DNA of 64,000 bases from the human T2T-CHM13v2.0 reference genome, Homo sapiens. The stretch lies in the NCBI RefSeq assembly GCF_009914755.1, contig NC_060940.1. One strand, written 5' to 3'. The notes beneath the pieces were generated by a model, which was not told the origin of the DNA, ran no database searches, and worked only from the letters and a program-made list of their open reading frames with translations. Positions 56,601 to 64,000 of the stretch are shown one piece after another. Position 1 is the first letter of the stretch. Every line of letters starts with the position of its first letter. The position numbers and the translations under genes were made by a program.

Positions 56601-59600
56601 TCCATTCAATTCCATACTCCGATGATTTCTTTTGAGCCCACTCAATGCTTCCACTCGATTCCATATGATGATGACTCCATTCGATGAAATTCGATGATGA
56701 TTCCATTCGCTTGCTTTCGATGATGATTCCACTTGAGTCCGTTAGAAGATTCTATTCAATTACATTCCATGACGATTCCGTTCGAGTCCATTTGATGATT
56801 CCATTAGACTCCATTCGACGATGATTCCATTCGATGTTATTCCATGATTCCATTCGATCTCATTCGATGATGATTCCATTCAACTCCATTCGATGTTTCC
56901 ATTCGAGTTCATTCTATTATTCCATTAGATTCCATTCGATGATGATTCCATTCGATTCCATTTGATGATTGCATTCTATTTCATTTGATGATGATTCCAT
57001 TCGAGTCCACTCGATGATACCATTCGATGATTGCATTCTATTTCATTTGATGATGATTCCATTCGAGTCCACTCGATGATTCCATTCGAGTCCATTTAAT
57101 GAATCCATTGGTTTCAATTCTATGATGATTACATTGGATTCCATTCGTTGATGATTTCATTCGGTTCCATTCAATGATGATTCCATTCAATTCCTTTCAA
57201 TGTTTCCATTCAATTCCATACGATGATGATTCCATTTGATTTGATTCGACAGTGAGCCATTCGATTCAATTCCATGATGATTCTATTTGATTCAATTGGT
57301 TGACATTTCCATTCGATTCCATTCGATGATGATTCCCTTTGATTCCGTTCAAAGATGATTCCATTCTAGCCCATTCAATCATTCCATTCGATTCTATTCA
57401 ATGATGATTCCATTCATGTCGATTTGGTGATTCCATTTGACTTCATTTGATGATGATTCCTTTCAAGTTCATTAGATGATTCCATTCGATTCCATTTGAT
57501 GATGATCCCATTCGAGTCCATTCAGTGATTCCATTCGTTTCCATTCCATGATGATTCCATTCCTTTCCATTCAATGATTCCATTCGATTCCGTTTGATGA
57601 TGATTTCATTCGAGTCCATTTGATGATTCCATTTGATTCCATTCGATGATGATTCCATTCGAGTCCATTCGATGATTCTATTCGAATCCATTTGATGATT
57701 TCTTTTGATTATATTTGGTGATGATTCCATTGGAGTCCATTCAATGATTCCATTCTATTCCAATCGATGATGATTCCATTAGAGTCCATTTAATGATTCC
57801 ATTTGATTCCAGTCTCTGATGATTACATTCGAGTCCATACGATGATTCCACTCAATTCCATATGATGATGATTCCATTTGATTCCATTCGGTGATTCCAT
57901 TCTATTCTATTCAATGGTGATTCCATTCGAGTACATTAGATGATTCCATTCGATTCCATTCAATGATGATTCTATTTGTGTCCCTTAGATGATTCCACAT
58001 GATTCCATTAGATGATGATACTATTTGAGCCCATCCAATGATTCCCTTCGTTTCCATTCGATGAGGATTCCATTCGATTCAATTCATTGGTGATTCTATT
58101 CAATTCAATTCTTTGATTCCATTCCATTCCATTCGACAATGATTCCATTCGATTTCTTTCGATGATTCCACTCGATTCCACTTGACATTGATTCCATTCG
58201 ATTCCATTCAATGATTCCATTTGATTCCAGTGGATGATGATTGCCATCGATTCCATTCGATCACTCCATTCTATTCCATTTGATGATGATTACATTCGAT
58301 TCCATTTGATGATTCCATCTGATTCTATTCGAGGATTCCATTTGATTCCATTCGATGATGATTCCATTCGAGTCCATTCGATGATTTCATTCGAGTACAT
58401 CCAATGATTCCATTCGAGTCCATTAGATGATTCCATTTGATTCCATTTGAAAATGATTCTACTAGAGTCCATTCAATGACTCCATTCGAGTCCATTCAAC
58501 AATTCCATTCGACTCCATTCGATGATTCCATTCGATTCCATTTGATGGTTCCATTCGAGTCCATTTAATCATTACAGTCGAGTCCATTTGGTGATTCCAC
58601 TGGATTTCTTTTGATAATGATACCATTCAATTACATTTGATGATGATCCCATTCAATTTCATTTGATGATGATTCCATTAGAGTCCATTCGATGATTTCA
58701 TTCGAGTCCCTTCATTGATTCCATCCAATTTCATTGGATGATGACTCCATTCGAGTCCATTCGATGATTCCACTCGATTCCATTAGATGACTCCATTGGA
58801 GTCCATTTGATTGTTCCATTCGATTCCATTCGATTCCTTTCGAAGATTATTCCATTTGAGTCCATTCGATGATGATTCCATTCCATTCCATTCGATGATT
58901 CCGTTTGATTCCATTCGATGATTCCCTTCGATTCCTTTCTTTGATGATTCCATTCCATTCCATTCAATGATTCCATTCGAATCTATTCCATGATGATTCC
59001 TTTCGATTCCATTCGCTGATGTTTCCGTTCAATTCCATTCGATGATGATTCCATTCGATTCCATTCATTGAGGATTCCATTTGATTCCATTCAATGATGA
59101 TTCCATTCTATTCCATTCAATGATTGCATTCAATTCCATTCAATGATTATCCCATTAGAGTAAACTCAACGATTCCATTCAATACCATTCGATGATGATT
59201 CCTTTTGAGTCCATTCAATGATTTCATTCAAGTCCATTTGATGATTCCTTTCAATTCCATTCTATGATGATTCCATTCGAGTCCATTCGATGATTCCATT
59301 CGATTGCATTCGATGATTCCATTATATTCCAGTCAACGATGATTCCATTCGAGTCCATTCGATGATTCCATTAGAGTACATTTAATGATTGCTTTGTTTT
59401 CAATTCGAAGATGATTACATTGGATTCCATTCTATGATACCATTCGATTCCATTCAATGATGATTCCACTCAAATCCATTGGATGATTCCATTCGTGTCC
59501 ATTCGGTGATTTCATTAGATTCCATTCGAGGATGATTCCATTCGATTCCATTCGATGATTCCATTCAATTCCATTCGATGATGATTCCATTCCATTCCAT

Positions 59601-59808
59601 ATGATCATTCCATTTGATTTCATTCGATGATGATTCCATTCAATTCGATTCGACGATTCCATTCTATTCCATTCGATGATGATTCCATTCGAGTCCATTC
59701 GATGATTCCATTCGAGTCCATTTAATGATTCCATTGGGTTCAATTCAATGATGATTACATTGGATTCCATTCTATGATTCCATTCAATTCCGTTCATTGA
59801 CAATTTGA
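53635..59808 (+). repeat. Macro-unit U10, 6174 bp (62-bp duplication type)
   Basis: Landmark 53962 to 60136 (+6174). Duplication at 56964-57087. Confidence 0.92.
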
Positions 59809-62800
59809 TTCCATTCGATGATGATTCCATTTGAGTTCATTCTATGATTCTATTCGATTCTCTTCGATGGTGATTCAATTCTATTATATTGGATGATTCC
59901 ATTCGATTCCATTTGATGTTGATTCAATTCGATTCTATTCGATGATGATTCCATTGGATTTCACTTGATGATTCTATTCGATTCCATTCAATGATGATTC
60001 ACTTCTCGTCCATTGGATGATTCCATTTCATTCCATTCGATGATGATTCCATTCGATTCCATTCGATGATTCCATTTGATTCCATGCGACGGTGAGCAAT
60101 TCGATTCAATTCCATGATGATTCTATTTGATTCAATTAGATGATGTTTCCATTCGAATCCATTCCATGATTATTCCATTGGAATCCATTCGGCGATGATT
60201 CCATATGAGTCAATTCAATGATGATTCCATATGGGTCCGTTCGATGATAATTCCATTTGATTTCATTCGATGCTTCTATTCTATTCCAGTCGATGATGAT
60301 TCCGTTGGAGTCCATACGATGATTCCATTTGATTTCATTTGATGATGATTCCATTCGATGATGATTACATTGGATTCCATTCTATGATTCCATTCAATTC
60401 CATTCGTTGATGATTCGATTCCATTCAATGATGATTCCATTTGAGTTCATTCGATGATTCTATTCGATTCCGTTCGATGGTGATTCAATTCTATTATATT
60501 GGATGATTCCACTCGATTCCATTTGATGATTATTCCATTGGAGTCCACTTAGTGAATCCTTTAGATTCTACTCGACGATGATTCCATTCGAGTCCATTCG
60601 ATGATACCATTCAATTCCATTCGTTGATGCTTCCATTCAAGTGCATTCGATGATATCATTCGATTCCATTTGATGATAATTCCATTTGATTCCATGCGAT
60701 GATTCTATTCGATTCCATTCAATGATAATTCCATTCAATTCAGTGATTCCTCTGGACTCCATTTGATGATGATTCCATTCAATGATTCCATTCGATTCTA
60801 TTCGAAAATGATTCCATTTGAATCCATTTGATGATGATTCCATTAGATTCCATTTGATGATTCCATTCGATTCCATTCGACGATGATTCCATTCGATTCC
60901 GTTTGATGATTCCATTCTATTCTATTCGATGATGATTCCATTCGATTCCATTCGATGATGATTGGATTCGATTCCATTTGATGATTTCATTTGATTCCAT
61001 TCGTTAATGATTTCGATCAATTCCATTCGATGATTCCATTCGATTCCATTCGATAATGATTACATCCGAGTCCATTCGATGATTCCCTTTGAGCCTGTTC
61101 GATAATTCCATTTGAGTCCAACCAATGATTCCATTCATTTCCATTCAATGATTCCATTCGAGTCCATTTGATCATTCCGGTAGGGTCCATTCGATGTTGA
61201 TTCCATTGGAGTGCATTCGATGATTCCATTCGAGTCCATTTTAGGATTTGATTCGAGTCCTTTCGATGATTCCATTCGATTCCACTCGATGATGATTTCA
61301 TTCGAGTCCATTCGACACTTCCAATCGATTCCATTTGATGATTCCATTCGAGTCCAATTGATGATTCCATTCAATTCCATTCGATGATGATTCCGTACGA
61401 TTCCATTCTGTGATGATTCCATGTGATTGCATTCAATGATGATTCCTTTCGATTGCATTCGATTATGATTCATTTCGTGTTCATTCTATGGTTCCACAGG
61501 TTTCCATTCGTGTCCATTCCATTATTCCATTCTATTCCATTTGATGATGATTCCATTCGATTCCATTCATTGGTGATTCCACTCAATTCCATTCAATGAT
61601 TCCATTCCATTTCTTTCAACAATGATTCCATTAGTTTCTAATCGATGATCCACTTGATTCCATTTGACGACGATTCCATTCTTGTCCATTCGATGATTCC
61701 ATTTGATTCCATATGATGATGATTCCATTCGATTCCATACCATGATGATTCCATTCGAGTCCATTCAATGGTGATTCCATTCAATTCCATTCGATGATTC
61801 CTTTTGATTCCATTCGATGATGATGGCATTCGATTCCTTTCAATCATTCCCTTTGATTCCATTCAAAGGTGATTTCATTCAAGTCCATTCGATAATTGCA
61901 TTCGATTCCATTCTATGATGATTCCATTCGAGTCCATTTGATGATTCCATTCTATTCAAGTCAATGATGATTCCATTCGATTCCATTCGATGATTCCATT
62001 GGATTCCATTCGATGATGATTCCATTCAAATCCATTCGATAATTCAATTCAAGTCCATTCGATGATGATTCCAATCGAATCCATTCAAAGATTCCATTCA
62101 GTTCCATTCGATGATTCCCTTAGATTCCATTCGATGATTCCACTTGATTGCATTTACGATGATTCCATTCGATTCCATGTGATGATTCCATTCAATTCTA
62201 TTCAATGATGTCTCCATTTGATTCCATTCGACCATGATTGCCTTTGATTCCATTCAATGATTCCATTCGGTTCCGTTTGATGATGATTCCGTTCGATTCC
62301 ATTTGATGATTCCATTTGATTCCATTGGATGAGTCCATTCGATTACATTCGATGATTATTCCATTCGAGTGCATTAGATGATTCCATTCGAGTCCATTCG
62401 ATGATTCCATTCGATTCCATTCGATGTTGATTCTGTTCAAATCCATTCGATGATTCCACTCGATTCCATTCGTTGACTCCATTTGATCCCATTCGATGAT
62501 TTCCTTTGATTCCCTTTGATGATCATTCCATTTGATTCAATTCGGTGATTTCATTTGATTCCATTCAGTGATGTTTCCATTCGACTCCATTCGATGATGA
62601 TTCCATTCGACTCCATTCGATTATGATTTCATTCAATTCCATTCGATAATGATTCCCTTCGAGTCCATTCGATGATTCCATTCGATTCCATTCAACGATG
62701 ATTTGATTCGTGTCCATTCGATGATTCCATTTGATTCCACTTGATGATGATTCCATTCGAGTCCATTTGATGATTCCATTCAATTCCATACTCCGATGAT

Positions 62801-64000
62801 TTCTTTTGAGCCCACTCAATGCTTCCACTCGATTCCATATGATGATGACTCCATTCCATGAAATTCGATGATGATTCCATTCGCTTGCTTTCGATGATGA
62901 TTCCACTTGAGTCCGTTAGAAGATTCTATTCAATTACATTCCAGGACGATTCCGTTCGAGTCCATTTGATGATTCCATTAGACTCCATTCGACGATGATT
63001 CCATTCGATGTTATTCGATGATTCCATTCGATCTCATTCGATGATGATTCCATTCAACTCCATTCGATGTTTCCATTCGAGTTCATTCTATTATTCCATT
63101 AGATTCCATTCGATGATGATTCCATTCGATTCCATTTGATGATTGCATTCTATTTCATTTGATGATGATTCCATTCGAGTCCACTCGATGATTCCATTCG
63201 AGTCCATTTAATGAATCCATTGGTTTCAATTCTATGATGATTACATTGGATTCCATTCGTTGATGATTTCATTCGGTTCCATTCAATGATGATTCCATTC
63301 AATTCCTTTCAATGTTTCCATTCAATTCCATACGATGATGATTCCATTTGATTTGATTCGACAGTGAGCCATTCGATTCAATTCCATGACGATTCTATTT
63401 TATTCAATTGGTTGACATTTCCATTCGATTCCATTCGATGATGATTCCCTTTGATTCCGTTCAAAGATGATTCCATTCTAGCCCATTCAATCATTCCATT
63501 CGATTCTATTCAATGATGATTCCATTCATGTCGATTTGGTGATTCCATTTGACTTCATTTGATGATGATTCCTTTCAAGTTCATTAGATGATTCCATTCG
63601 ATTCCATTTGATGATGATCCCATTCGAGTCCATTCAGTGATTCCATTCGTTTCTATTCCATGATGATTCCATTCCTTTCCATTCAATGATTGCATTCGAT
63701 TCCGTTTGATGATGATTTCATTCGAGTCCATTTGATGATTCCATTTGATTCCATTCGATGATGATTCCATTCGAGTCCATTCGATGATTCTATTCGAATC
63801 CATTTGATGATTTCTTTTGATTATATTTGGTGATGATTCCATTGGAGTCCATTCAATGATTCCATTCTATTCCAATCGATGATGATTCCATTAGAGTCCA
63901 TTTAATGATTCCATTTGATTCCAGTCTCTGATGATTACATTCGAGTCCATACGATGATTCTACTCAATTCCATATGATGATGATTCCATTTGATTCCATT
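59809..64000 (+). repeat. Macro-unit U11, partial (6112 type, sister of U7)
   Basis: Has the 374-bp segment and no 62-bp duplication. Shares U7 variants (CTATTCAAGTC, CCATTCCATGAAA, ATGACGATTCTATTTTATTC, TCTACTCAAT). Truncated by the window end. Confidence 0.9.

Larger units (their letters stand above)
1..64000 (+). repeat. Human satellite II (HSat2/HSATII) array, CATTC strand on +; probably HSat2B-type (chr16 pericentromeric-like) with a ~6.1 kb macro-unit
   Basis: Continuous ATTCCATTCGATGATGATTCCATTCGATTCC / ATTCCATTCGAGTCCATTCGATGATTCC motifs across the whole window. CATTC pentamers interrupted by GAT/GATGAT with very frequent TCGA are diagnostic of HSat2 rather than HSat3, which has long pure CATTC runs. 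Subfamily and chromosome are inferred from the recalled ~6.1 kb period and have not been verified. Confidence 0.97.

Noticed and set aside
328-63842. About 170 minus-strand ORFs of 60-132 aa (MESSNGIEWNHRMDSNGII...)
   Set aside because: These are translations of the GGAAT/GAATC/CATC satellite strand, which is rich in ATG and poor in stops. They overlap in several frames, are low-complexity, recur with the DNA unit, and gain or lose stops through single SNVs (for example at 29251). There is no recognisable domain or gene structure.
1-64000. CRISPR-like or other repeat-spacer array suggested by the 23/26-bp periodicity
   Set aside because: There are no unique spacers and no cas-like genes. The intervening sequence is the same degenerate pentamer satellite.
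1-64000. Strand inversion or Alu/L1/ERV insertion within the array
   Set aside because: None was seen. The CATTC strand is on + throughout, all ORF landmarks keep their order, and unit-length differences are fully explained by the 374-, 62- and 1-bp indels.
1-64000. HSat3, or a heat-shock (HSF1) element array
   Set aside because: Pure CATTC runs are at most 3-4 copies and GATGAT/TCGA interruptions dominate, which fits HSat2. I did not see canonical alternating nGAAn triplets.

Overview
The whole 64 kb window is one uninterrupted, single-orientation array of human satellite II (HSat2/HSATII)-type DNA. It is a diverged (CATTC)n pentamer repeat built from 23/26-bp CATTCGATTC(C)ATTCGATGAT(GAT)TC-like motifs, with the CATTC strand on +. 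It is organised as a ~6.1 kb tandem macro-unit. Taking position 1 as an arbitrary phase, there are 10 complete units and 1 partial unit, of lengths 5737, 5737, 6112, 6112, 5738, 6174, 6112, 5738, 6174, 6174 and partial. These lengths come from the spacing of homologous entries in the ORF track and were spot-checked in the sequence. A ~6.1 kb period matches what I recall for the HSat2B array of the chromosome 16 pericentromeric heterochromatin (16qh), but this placement is an inference. I see no protein-coding gene, RNA gene, transposon or CRISPR array, and the listed minus-strand ORFs are translation artefacts of the GGAAT strand. I found no new gene-based system. The interesting content is the array's internal structure: a 374-bp deletion variant, a 62-bp duplication variant, an 18,024-bp three-unit super-repeat with a nested 6,174-bp re-duplication, several chimeric units, clustered-variant tracts, relic internal duplications, and one DUX4-consensus site per unit.
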